DNA of 64,000 bases from Octopus vulgaris. Its lineage: Eukaryota. Under the pieces are notes generated by a model that did no database searches, was not told the origin of the DNA, and saw only the letters and a list, made by a program, of their open reading frames with translations. Numbering within the stretch: position 1 is the stretch's first letter; the number at the start of each line of letters is the position of its first letter. Shown here one piece after another: positions 1-10,819 of this stretch. The translations under genes and the position numbers were made by a program. The stretch covers positions 85,312,001 to 85,376,000 of the forward strand of contig OX597819.1 of the NCBI GenBank assembly GCA_951406725.2, given 5' to 3'.

Positions 1-89
1 AATGAAGTGACTTATAGCAGTGGAAGCCTGTACTTTAACGGGATTTTCCCACAAAGAACGTTTCCAGTTACTTTCGGGGGCACCTCCTC

Positions 90-126
<37 letters not shown>

Positions 127-130
<4 letters not shown>

Positions 131-262
131 ATCCAAACAAGAAAGCACAAAAAAAACACAACAACGCGAGGACGTGGAACAAATATAGTATTATTGGACG
201 CTCAGGAAAGAAGGAAAGAAGTAGGGTTTAACGTTTCGAGCGGAGCTCTTCGTCGGAAACAT
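127..262 (-). mobile_element. Short PLE pLTR-like fragment with a minimal hammerhead-like motif, flanked by (TA)n
   Basis: Minus strand 260->226 reads GTTT-CCGACGA-A-GAGC-TCC-GCTC-GAAACGTT-AAAC. It sits between TA tracts at 91-126 and 261-272. Confidence 0.55.
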
Positions 263-958
263 ATATATATATGTACATATATATATTCTCTCTCAAGGTA
301 GTACCCGAGCCTGGTCGCATTACAATGACTATAACCGAAAGAAAAAACAGAATAAAGGCAAAGTATATTCATATATGAATATATGAATATATGCATGTGT
401 CTGAGTGTATGCCTCAATTTTCACATTTTTCTATGTATACATAAGAGTTATGTATGTATGAGAAAAATATGTCTACTCATGTTTCTTTGTTTTAGTTACA
501 TTTTCGTCTGAAAGTATTAATGCTTTGCTCGGGTGATTAGAACAATCAGTTGAGACATTAGAAGTTGATATGCTCTGTGCTAGAGACGTAGAAACAGACG
601 AATATCATTAAAAAATTAATTTCAAAAGTGTGTTAAAAAGCAAATGAGATTGTTGCTCTCATACAGCAATGCCACAACGTAACTTCAATTATAAGGAAGA
701 CATCATTATTGCAATAAATTATTTAATTAGGTTAATTATAAAATAATTCTTTGCTATCGGCATTCCCATGCTAGACTATTCAGAATCAATGACATATGAA
801 AATTAGTGTTGTAGTTTAATTTTGATGTATATCTCTGGATATTATTCCATTCCTCAAACCAAATCGAATGAATAGGAAATATATCTACATTAACATTAAC
901 AATATTTTCTCTATGAACAACTTGGTTGTTTTACTTGTAAAATTATAGCAGCCAAATA

Positions 959-1871
959 TGCGGTGATATCAAAAAGTTCCTGGACTAGTGTGTGCTGCCA
1001 ATAGATGGCAGCACACGGTTGCATGCGCAGTGAGAGCTAGCAGTGACTTTCACGAGGTAGTGTACCTGAGTGACATCACTGTGTTTACTTTGCAAGTTGT
1101 GAAACTTGTGTTTTTGTGATCACGTGTAAGCTATAGTCTACGCTTTTGTCATGGACAAGAATAAAGAGCCAACGGGAAATTTTACTTTAAACATGGGAAG
1201 TCTACCACAGAGACATAGAGCATGCTTCTGCAAACTTACGACGACGACGCAATGGGTCGTTCCACAATGTTTCGAGTGGCATGGGCCCTTCAAAAGCGGA
1301 GGAACGTCCATGGAAGACTATGAGCGAACTGGGAGACCTACTACGAGCGTAACCCCCGGAAATGTGGTATTTTGCATCGAGAATTCGTCCCCCAGGGCCA
1401 GACCGTCAATTGAGTGTTTTACTGCGAAGTTTTGAAGCGCTTGAGGAGGACATTCGTTGAAAGCGATCGGATCTGTGGCGCGCGAAGAATTGGATTCTTC
1501 ATTGAGCTCTTCTCAATCGTGAGTTTTTTGCCAAAAGCAACATGGTATCACTTCCGCAGCCGCTCTATTCGGTAGTTTTAGCCCCTGCGGATTTCCATCT
1601 CTTCCCCTATGTAAAGGGAAGAGATGGAATGTCAACGGTCGCCGTTTCACACCTATTGTCGAGATCCAGAGCGAATCGCAGAAGGTCCCCGACTCGCTTA
1701 CGGAAAACGACTTCCAGGCCAGATTTCAAAAGCGACAAGAACGCTGGGATCGGTGTGCTGCTGCGCAAAGCGACTATTTCGAAGGAGATGGTGTTAAAAT
1801 TTAGGTAAATAAGATATTTTTTATGAAAAATACCTTGTCCGGAAAACTGGAAAACTTTTGATACCCCCTCG
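959..1871 (+). mobile_element. Internally deleted mariner relic
   Basis: Imperfect TIRs (..gatatcaaaaagttcc / ..aaacttttgataccccctcg) flanked by TA. Transposase fragments FKSGGTSMEDYERTGRP, EFVPQGQTVN and PLYSVVLAPADFHLFP (degenerate YSPDLAP-D motif). Confidence 0.8.
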
Positions 1872-2392
1872 TATCTCTCAAATCACACCCTACTGTCTTT
1901 AAAAAGTAACAAACATTGGATAATGCAGTCTTGCGTATGCACCCACTAAAAGAAAGAACTGATAATCAAGGTTGAAATATATTTGATCAAAAGTATGCTT
2001 CATCACGGCTGATTTTTAAGTTACAAAGTAACTTATTTTCATTTATATAACGTGGAAAATTTTCTTATGTCAGCTTTATAAGTGAACTATGTATATAGAT
2101 GTTAGAACAGCCGGTGCCGGCTAGTACGATATGCAGTTTGAATTGAGCTGAGTTTTAAAAATAACTCCGAATAATCGTAATAACATTTTTTTAATGTATT
2201 GTGTTAAGAGTGAATTCTTTGCAATTACTTGATCGTATCAAGGATTTATTGATATTCTTTTCAGAAATTGATTTTAATCCTATAATTTTATTCAAGTTAT
2301 AATTAGTACACGATATTAAAAAAAGTAGTAGTAAACTTACTTCCCGAATCATATAGGCTCATACGGCCAGTTTCTCGGTTTTCAAAGGCGTA

Positions 2393-2850
2393 TATTGGGT
2401 TGGCAACTAAGTTCCCACGGTTTTTTTAAATTTAAATTTTTAAAAAGTTTAATGAAAAATAACAACTCAAAGATATGGGGGTGAATTCTGGCGTGCAGAT
2501 TAGTCAGAACGCTTGCTGTGTACTTTCCTGCCGGCCACGGCTTCATAGTCTTCGTTGCAGTTGTCCATGTCACGTTTTGCAGCTTCTACAGTGTCCACAG
2601 AGTATTGAGCAACATAAATCATGTGGGCATTTTGATACCGGACGCAAATAATCATGATACAGGTAATCCGTTTCCAATATTCAGATGGCTTTCGGTCCTC
2701 CATATCAGCTAACTTTTACTTAACTTTAATCTAACGATTCTGGCAGCTCGCCGCCTTCCTTTAATCTTACATATATTAACAATCTTACACATACTGACAT
2801 ATATATAAGCCTCGACAGCACTCCCAAAATAATAACTAATTTGCACCCGC
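2393..2850 (-). mobile_element. Tc1/mariner remnant (TIR plus transposase N-terminus)
   Basis: TIR-like TA-TTGGGTTGGCAACTAAGTTC at 2393. Minus ORF 2500-2703 resembles a Tc1-type N-terminal HTH. Confidence 0.5.
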
Positions 2851-3139
2851 CGACTCAAACGCCCGCTCAATTCTCGAACAAATGCAAAGACGAAACCTGA
2901 CTTTAGTACATGGCAGTACACCACAACACAGTGTGAAATCAATCAATTAATTTTCTTTTTAATCAACAGAAAAGTACGGTCTAACGAAGGGCCGATCAAA
3001 CGAAACAACAGTTCGGGCTGCTAACCCCTGTTTATCTGATATAAATGAACATACATACAGTCCTACACACTACTAATATTGAGTTGAAATAAGTAAAAGC
3101 TTTCTCTAACATTTTTTGATGTCTCTCTGGAAAGAATTT

Positions 3140-3258
3140 TGCTTACTGACCATATGGTTTTGGTTTCAGTCCTACTGTGTGGCACCTTGGGCAAGTGTCA
3201 TCTACTATAGCCTTGGGTCGACCAAACCCTTGTGAGTGGATTTGGTTGACGGAAACTA
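3140..3258 (+). mobile_element. tRNA-derived SINE, family A (5' half)
   Basis: Box-B-like ggtttcagtcc followed by the CORE-like ccttgggcaagtgtc...ggaaact. At least 7 homologous copies in the window. Confidence 0.75.
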
Positions 3259-3496
3259 TACATACATACATACACACGCACGCACATATATATACACGTA
3301 CATATAGGGAAATATTTTATTCTCAAACGCATAATAATAATGCTGAATAGCATAAAACAGCCTTATATTGTAGAAACATTTGTTAGTGTCCGAATTTGTT
3401 AGAGACTCGAACGCACATGTCTATGATTACCGGTCAAAGTGCTTTACCTTTTACCTAAACTGCCCGCTAACAAATCTGCACTTTTTTAACCTATAA

Positions 3497-3539
<43 letters not shown>

Positions 3540-3970
3540 TGTGTGCGTGCGCGCGTGTGTGTGTGCGTTTGTGCGTGTGTATGTGTATGTATTGAAGCTG
3601 TTAATGCTATTCTAAGTTGAAACACCGAGCTCACATGCTTCAAGTGTAGCGACTTCATGAAGTGGAAACACATTACGTAAAGAGCGGCAATAGAAGTTTT
3701 CAGCTTCGTATGTAATATAAATAAACTCCACTCTATGAACAGAGCGCCCGTTTTCTCTTGTTCATAAGTTGAAGTGCATATTCATTCGTACATGAATACG
3801 TACGCGCGCGCGATGCTAATGCTTCTGAGTTCATACACCTTGAAATGGAAAAGGTGACACTGAATTTGCAGATATATCTTGATAAACTTGATACTCTACT
3901 TAAATTGTATCGAGTGGTGTTGTCGTTTCCCTTTTATATATAACTATAATTAAAAACAAACAAACATACA

Positions 3971-4050
<80 letters not shown>

Positions 4051-4107
4051 TACATACATACGTGCATCCATACATACATACATGCATGCATACAAATAGT
4101 TATACAT

Positions 4108-4388
4108 ACAGATCTAACCCATCACTGGAACTGTAAAAATATGTAAAACTTTCCAGTAGTTTATCATTTAAATATATATGAGCATGTCTAGATATGCAAC
4201 TATACGCATGAGAATACATACATACATACATACATACATACATACATACATACATACATACATACATACATACATACATACTATGTTGTTGATGTTGAAA
4301 TTCCAATGAAGGAGCCTTGGATCTAGGTTAGAAACCGGTTCTTTCTCTATTGGCAAGAAATCTTGAAATAAACTGAATAATGGCATAC
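4108..4388 (+). mobile_element. 3' end of an (ATAC)n-associated RLE LINE
   Basis: Homologous to the minus-strand copy at 21206-21718, which keeps the RLE C-terminus. Has an internal (ATAC)n and ends ..aaactgaataatggcatac. Confidence 0.7.
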
Positions 4389-4517
4389 TAGCTGGCACAA
4401 CTTCATCAGTCGTTCAGGCGCAGAGGACCGTTGAAAATTTCCCTTTGAACGATTTCATCTACATTTATTCCGACTTCTCTAGCCTAAACCATGAAGTGGT
4501 TTATTTCTCCTCTTATA

Positions 4518-5785
4518 TCAGGTCATCCCATAAGTTCTATCCGAATTTTGAATAAAGAAAACAAGTGTTCAAATGTTATATTTAAATGTAATTTAACCAT
4601 TAATGTACTTTCCCTGATTATCTATGACGTCCTTCCGTCTATTTACAAGCTTTTTAACCCCATTAAATGTAAAATTATTTTGGTTTCAAAGCAAAGAACT
4701 CTGAGATGTCAGTTTCGACCTCCTCCTGGCTTGCGAAAGTTACGTCATCCTAATGATTCTGTAAACTACGAAACAAATGGTAGTCTGAAGGAGCCAGGTC
4801 AGGATAATAAGGTGGATGAGGAATTTTTTCCCAACCAAGCGCTTCGATGTTCTGTGATGTGATGTGTGCAGTGTGGGGTCGCGCATTGTCCTGATGAAAC
4901 ATCACTCCTTTTCGATTCACTAAAGTGAGTCTTTTTTTCCTCAAATCTTGGTTCAAACGCTCTAATTGCTGACAGTAGACTTGAGCATTGATTGTTGTAT
5001 TAGGTGGTAACAATTCAAAGTGAATTACTCCTTTGCAATCCCACCAGATGGAAAGAAGAACCTTTTTCCCATGAAGTTCGCTTCTCGGTTGTGGTTGAGC
5101 TTTTTCCCTTTTACCAAGCCACTGTTTACGACGTTTAACATTTCGATAGAAGATCCCTTTTTTCGTCACCAATCACAAGTATATCCAAAAAGGGTGAAAT
5201 GAGTTCGCGAGAATGGAGAGAAGAGCAGATATCAACTCGGGATTTGCAGTTGCTTTCAGGAACCTTTCCAAGTTGTTGAAGATGACGATGAACAGTTGTA
5301 TGGTTTGAACTAAGCTTTATTGCCAATTCTTCAACTGATAATGCAGGATTTTCTTCAAGTAATTTATCATCAATGCCTCAAGCAATTCATCATCAAATTC
5401 AACTGGACGTTCTCTTCGATCTTCATCTTCAAGGCTGAAATCTCCACTTCTGAATTTTGCAAACCATCTTCTGCAAGTTCTTTCATTCATACATTCTTTC
5501 CCATTAACTGAGTGTGTTTCGAGTCGATTCGGCAGCAGAGTTTCCTTTTTTGTACTCATAAAGCATTGTGTGCCTCAAATGCTCTTTGAATACTTTCAAT
5601 TTTAATTAAAAGAATTTAATCAAAGAAATTTTAATTATCTTATTCTGTAAAATAATATTTAATTAGTTTAAATGTACACAAATGCATAAAAATAATTTAA
5701 AATTCCATTAGACATTCTAGAATACTATTAAATTTCATTTAATTTTAAAAAGGTAAAATCGGACAGAACTTATGGGATGACCTGA
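4518..5785 (-). mobile_element. Near full-length mariner (DD34D) element with a disrupted transposase
   Basis: TIRs TCAGGTCATCCCATAAGTTCT / AGAACTTATGGGATGACCTGA, both TA-flanked. Motifs WFAKFRSG, GDEK, HQDNARPH and PYYPDLAPSDYHLF are spread over three frames. Confidence 0.93.
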
Positions 5786-5888
5786 TAGATAAGAGAAACG
5801 CCTTTTGCTTACCAACATAGCGTTATTCAGACCGGCTTAAAAAATATACTATGTGGATATTCGGTAACACGATCATGGCTGAAATTAA

Positions 5889-5891
5889 TAA

Positions 5892-5928
<37 letters not shown>

Positions 5929-5986
5929 GCCGCTTCCACCACCACCACCACCACCACCACCACCACCGCCACCACCACCACCACCA

Positions 5987-6017
<31 letters not shown>

Positions 6018-6066
6018 ACCCACCACCACCGCCGCCGCCGCCACCACCACCACCACCACCACCACC
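5889..6066. repeat. Compound trinucleotide microsatellite (ACT)n/(ACC)n/(GCC)n
   Basis: Seen directly. It explains the poly-T/A/V ORFs. Confidence 0.95.
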
Positions 6067-6149
6067 ATGTCTGCTTTAATTGCTGCCATTGAGAGGCTTA
6101 CAAAGGCCTTAGCAACAATTCTTTCACTTTGAACTGAGAGGTGAACGAT

Positions 6150-6565
6150 CATCTCCAATGTAATAAATATTTCAAAAGGAATAGGCCAAGGAGATAGTCT
6201 TGTAATTCTCTTGATTTTGAGCAATAAATCTGTCAAAATTCCTGCTACAAAAATCAAATGGCTTATTGTTAGGGACGAAAATTGCAAGAAATATTGATTT
6301 ATTCCATAATTTCTTTGTGGATGACCTCGATGTTTATGCTAAAACTTTTAACGATGCCCCCCCCCAACAAAAGAAAACAAAAACAACTGGAATTTTTTTT
6401 AAAATCAGCTGATATAGGAATGGGATTTGGTCAAAAGAAATGTTCATATTTGATTGTTGAACGGGGAAACTCCGTGCTCCAGATCTAATAGCTCTGCATC
6501 AAAGGTTTCACTATCTTTCCTGTCCCACACAAAGAATGCTACAAGTACCTAGGCATGATGAAAAC
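6150..6565 (+). mobile_element. Degraded RLE/R4-like LINE RT, left part (split by a MULE)
   Basis: KGIGQGDSL, FVDDL, DIGMGFGQKKC and YKYLG. Continues after 8600. Confidence 0.75.
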
Positions 6566-8600
6566 GGTTCTAGGTCAACTTCCTGACTGATATCTGCCCA
6601 ATGGGGACAACTGCCCGATAGATATCTGCCCGATAGATATCTGCCCGATAGACACTTTAACTTTATTTTTATTTGTCATTCATTTCACTTTACTTGTCAT
6701 TCGGGCGAATCTTCCTGTACTCAAAAATGGTATTTTTCCTCAGTTTGCTGAAGTAAAGGACCACCAAGTGTCGAAAGGCCTATCAACTCTATTAATAGTG
6801 AATCTCTTGAAACTTTTTTCATCTTAGTTTATATACAATTGTTAGTACCCATGCATTTCCTTAAAACTCAACTTATGTCTACGTTAAGAACAAGGACTTG
6901 TCATCTGGAAATACATTCTACGAATGTGAATGCCACCAACATAACAATTGCAAGGCCAAAATTATAATGTGTGGAAAAGAAATAATCAGCCAGACACACG
7001 AACATGCTCACGCTGCAGATATTCTTCGTCAAGTTCTCCTACATGTACGTGAAAAATTGAAGACGACAGCCATTACAACCCAGCAAACTTCGCAACAAAT
7101 TATAACAAAAACTTTACAGAATATTTCGGAAACGTCTCTACTCAACTACCGGTCATGAGCAATATCAGGCGTTAAATCAGAAGATATAAGGAAGCTATAC
7201 ACGTTCCACATCTCACACCGAGAATCTTGCATGACATGGTCATTCCAGATGAATAGAACAAACGTGCAATGAGGAAAATTTCTTATTTTACGATAGTGGG
7301 CCCAGTGAGAACTGTATACTTCTGTTTTCTACTGAGAAAAATGTGCGACTCTTACTATCTTCAAGTGATCGATTTTATGTTGGTACATTCAAAGTAGTAC
7401 CAGTACTGTTTCACAAACTCTACTCCATTCACTATTTAATCTCTAATAGAATGATTCCTTGCGTATTTGCATTATTGCCAATTATACGCCAAGCCATCTA
7501 TGAAGAACTTAACTTTTCAGCCAACTTTGGGCTATTAACTCCAGGCTCAGCCCAGTTAGGATTTTGATCGATTATGAACAATCTGCCAAGAATGTAATTA
7601 TCGAAATTTTCCCAAATGCAATTATCAAAGGATGTTTTTTCATCTCTCTCAAGCAGTATATCGGAAGGTACAATCAAAGGGATTGCAATCAAGATATCAG
7701 AGTGATGTTGATTTTGCTCTAAGCATTCGCATGATACCAGCCTTGGCTTTTGTGTCAGCAGATAATGTTGTAATAACATTTGAGCAATTACAAGAAAATG
7801 TGTGCCATGAAGGAAATCCAGTCATTGATTACTTTGAAGATGCTTATATCAGTAGAATACGACGGCGAAACAGAGGCAACCCACTCTTTTCTATTTGTAT
7901 GTGGAACATGTATAACTGCGTATTCAAACAATTAATTCCTTGGAGGGATGGCACGAACGTTTACAGGCGAATATAACATCAAGCCATTCAAATATCTGGC
8001 GTTTTCTTCAGGTATTGAAGACGGAACAAGCACTTAACGATACGATCATCAACCAAGTACTAGTAGGACATCAGCCTTCCCCCAAAAAGAAAAATATCAA
8101 GATTTAACGAAAAGAATTGCTAATACTGTGGAAGATAATGAAAATCGAGAAGTGATGACTTTTTGAGAGGAATAGCGCGTAACTTAAAGTTTTAGGTTTT
8201 TTTTTTACTATTTTCCAAACTACATTGTTATTCATGATATTGATAAATTATCTGTAAATAATATTGTTTAATGTATTTTCTTTTTTTTTGTTAAAGTTTT
8301 GTCTCTGCTTTTACAAATAAAACATAAATTCTATTTTTTATACTTTCATGTTACCTTTGAAAAAAATTAATTTCTTTTTTATGTTACGCAATGACAACTA
8401 AAAAGGTTTAATATAATTTTAGTTTAGTTAATTTTAGTGTTTTTATATTTTAGTTTCAATTTACTTTAAAATTATCAGGCAATTATCCATCTGGCTGTTG
8501 ACGATTGATTAATTGTCAGTCGGGCACTTGGCCGTCGGGCTCTTGGCCGTCGGGCTCTTGGCCGTCGGGCTCTTGTCAGTCAGGCACTTGTCCGGATACC
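6566..8600 (+). mobile_element. Mutator-like (MULE) DNA transposon with a decayed transposase
   Basis: 9-bp TSD GATGAAAAC / GATGACAAC. Ends GGTTCTAGGTCAACTTCCTGACTGA and rc GGTATCCGGACAAGTGCCTGACTGA. 15-bp subterminal repeats. FLYWCH-like C..C..H.H, GTFKVVP..QLYSIH-like, CFFHLSQAVYRK and YFEDAY motifs. Confidence 0.9.
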
Positions 8601-9815
8601 GATGACAACATATCACACGAAGGTACTGTGAATAAAGGTAGTGACCTGAGAATATTATGCCAGATTAAAAAAAAAAATGTTAGCCGGAACCTTCCTCTTA
8701 CGACAAGACAATATCTTACAATGCATTTGCAATGTCAGTACTGATTCCAACATTTGACATCCTGGTCTATAGAAGAAATCAACTTCATATACGTTAAAAC
8801 TCGCAAGATACTGACAACAACTGGAAACCTCCACTGAAATAGTGATATCGACAAGCTCTATCTAAGAAGAGGTAAAGGATATAGAAGTTTGAGATTAGTG
8901 TAGACAGCTTTGAATGTTGTATAGTCTCTCCCAGACAGCAAAAATAAATACATTAACTTCGGGCTGAAAAGTGAAGAGAACAATATTCTAGGTATCTGCA
9001 GTGAGCTCTTTAGGAAGCACTCTCTTCCTCATGAACTCTCATACAGCCCCAAAATAACCGGACTAACATACCTCAAAGAAGACCTGGGAATGAAACGCTC
9101 AACATAAAAAATGTCCATGCATGGGTTTTCCCGAAAAATTGAAGAAAAATCGTAATATTGGTTTCAAATTTTGGCATAAAACCAGTGGGTTTGAGGGAGG
9201 GGTTAAGTCGATTACATCAACCCCAGCGCTAGATTGGTACTTATTTTATCGATCCCGAAAGAATGAAAGGCAAAGTCGGCATCTGAACTCAGAAATGCCA
9301 CTCAGGCACGCTAACGATTCTGCCAACTCACCACCTACAAGAAGATAATGATATTGATGTGAAATATCTCTTGGACTCGTGTCCGGGCATCACATCGCAC
9401 TTCGAAGACTACGTATTCACTATTCAAGAACAGAAAATTCACTATCTATTTTGTTTACTAGGTACTAAATACCAAATAAACAAAAGAAACAATAAAGCCA
9501 ATGTAGCTCCAAAATGTAAGCGAAAATGTAGATTATGTCATATTTCTGTGAAAGACATCAAACTGCTGATTAGAATCTGTCCCAAAATCTTATCAGGGTA
9601 CTACCTCCCTATGCGACACAACGCTACCGCAAAAGCAATCTACAATGCGACTCGAAGAAGAAAAATACTTTCCTGGAATAAATATAGAGAGTCTCACTGT
9701 TACTGGATACATACACAAACATCAACACAAGGAACACTACTGGAACATTCCTATAAAAAACATCTGCCAAATGTAAGCACAACAGCCCGGATATTGAGGT
9801 TTTGGGACACAGAAG
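8601..9815 (+). mobile_element. Degraded RLE/R4-like LINE, right part
   Basis: Continues the RT remnant. DIDKLYL.R and CRLC..RHN zinc-knuckle/RLE remnants. Interrupted by a SINE at about 9160-9335. Confidence 0.65.
9160..9335 (-). mobile_element. SINE family E (Nin/Deu-like central domain)
   Basis: rc of ctttcat(c)ctttcgggg/atcgataaaataagtacca. Copies also at about 15588-15770, 17238-17350, 18935-19100, 25253-25467, 31323-31480, 31523-31645(+) and 31725-31935. Confidence 0.7.
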
Positions 9816-9859
9816 AAATAGTAATAATAACAATAGTAATAATAATAATAATAATAATT

Positions 9860-10090
9860 CAGGGACCTTTTGAGCGGGATGGGTTACTCGATCTGAAGAA
9901 AATTATAACTGGGCTCCACCTGCAAGGTCATGTGCTGTTTATCTTGATATGAGATCACCATGTCGCGCACATATGGTTGTGATGCATGTGCCTGGTGTAC
10001 CCTTATCAGACGGGTAGTCATGATGGGTATACTGGGCTTCGTATATTTTACCCCAGTGTCACTTTGATGGCATGCTCTGCTCGCTCACTC
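9860..10090 (+). mobile_element. Retroposon 3' tail inserted in (TAA)n
   Basis: Non-coding segment bracketed by TAA tracts and running directly into (AAT)n at 10091. Confidence 0.45.
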
Positions 10091-10122
<32 letters not shown>

Positions 10123-10139
10123 TAATAATGATAACAATG

Positions 10140-10205
<66 letters not shown>
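10091..10205. repeat. (TAA)n microsatellite
   Basis: Seen directly. Confidence 0.95.
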
Positions 10206-10209
<4 letters not shown>

Positions 10210-10819
10210 TAATGATGCTAAGATTCTCTCTGGTCGGACACAACTTCTCTATTCACAAACAATACAGAACAGCCCTTCCTTAATTTTTCGTAAGGCTAAT
10301 AGTAGTAAACATTTGAACTTTATTTGACCGATAGGACCCCACCTAAAAAAAAAAAAATATCACTGATGGTGATGGTGATGATGGTGATGATGATAATAAT
10401 GATAGTAATAGTGCTGATAATCTATTTATCTATCTACACACACACACACACACACTCAAAGAGTTCAACCAACACAAACCTCACCTCGGCTCTATTGTTA
10501 ACCAAATATGAAAGTATTATTTGACAGGCAAGAACTCTGGCGTTGAAGACAGTCAGCCAGCCAACCACCAAGCCAGCCAACGAGACAGACAGACACTACT
10601 GTGATGGTGATAATGATAAAAAAACAAAAATAACAATAATAAGATACTGCTGTGACTACACATAAAACAATATCATTGATGATGATGATGATGATGATGG
10701 TGATGGTGATGATGATAATGATGATGGTAATGGTGGTGATAATGATGATAGTGATAATAATGGTGATGATAATAACAATAATAAGCCGACTACGGCTGCT
10801 ATAATGGTACGATTATAAT

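Noticed and set aside
5823-6287. Poly-Val/Ala and poly-Thr ORFs resembling membrane or mucin proteins
   Set aside because: They are translations of a compound trinucleotide microsatellite.
8505-8600. Repeat peptide SGSWP / short regularly spaced repeats resembling a CRISPR array
   Set aside because: These are 15-bp head-to-tail subterminal repeats of a MULE with no spacers, in a eukaryotic context.
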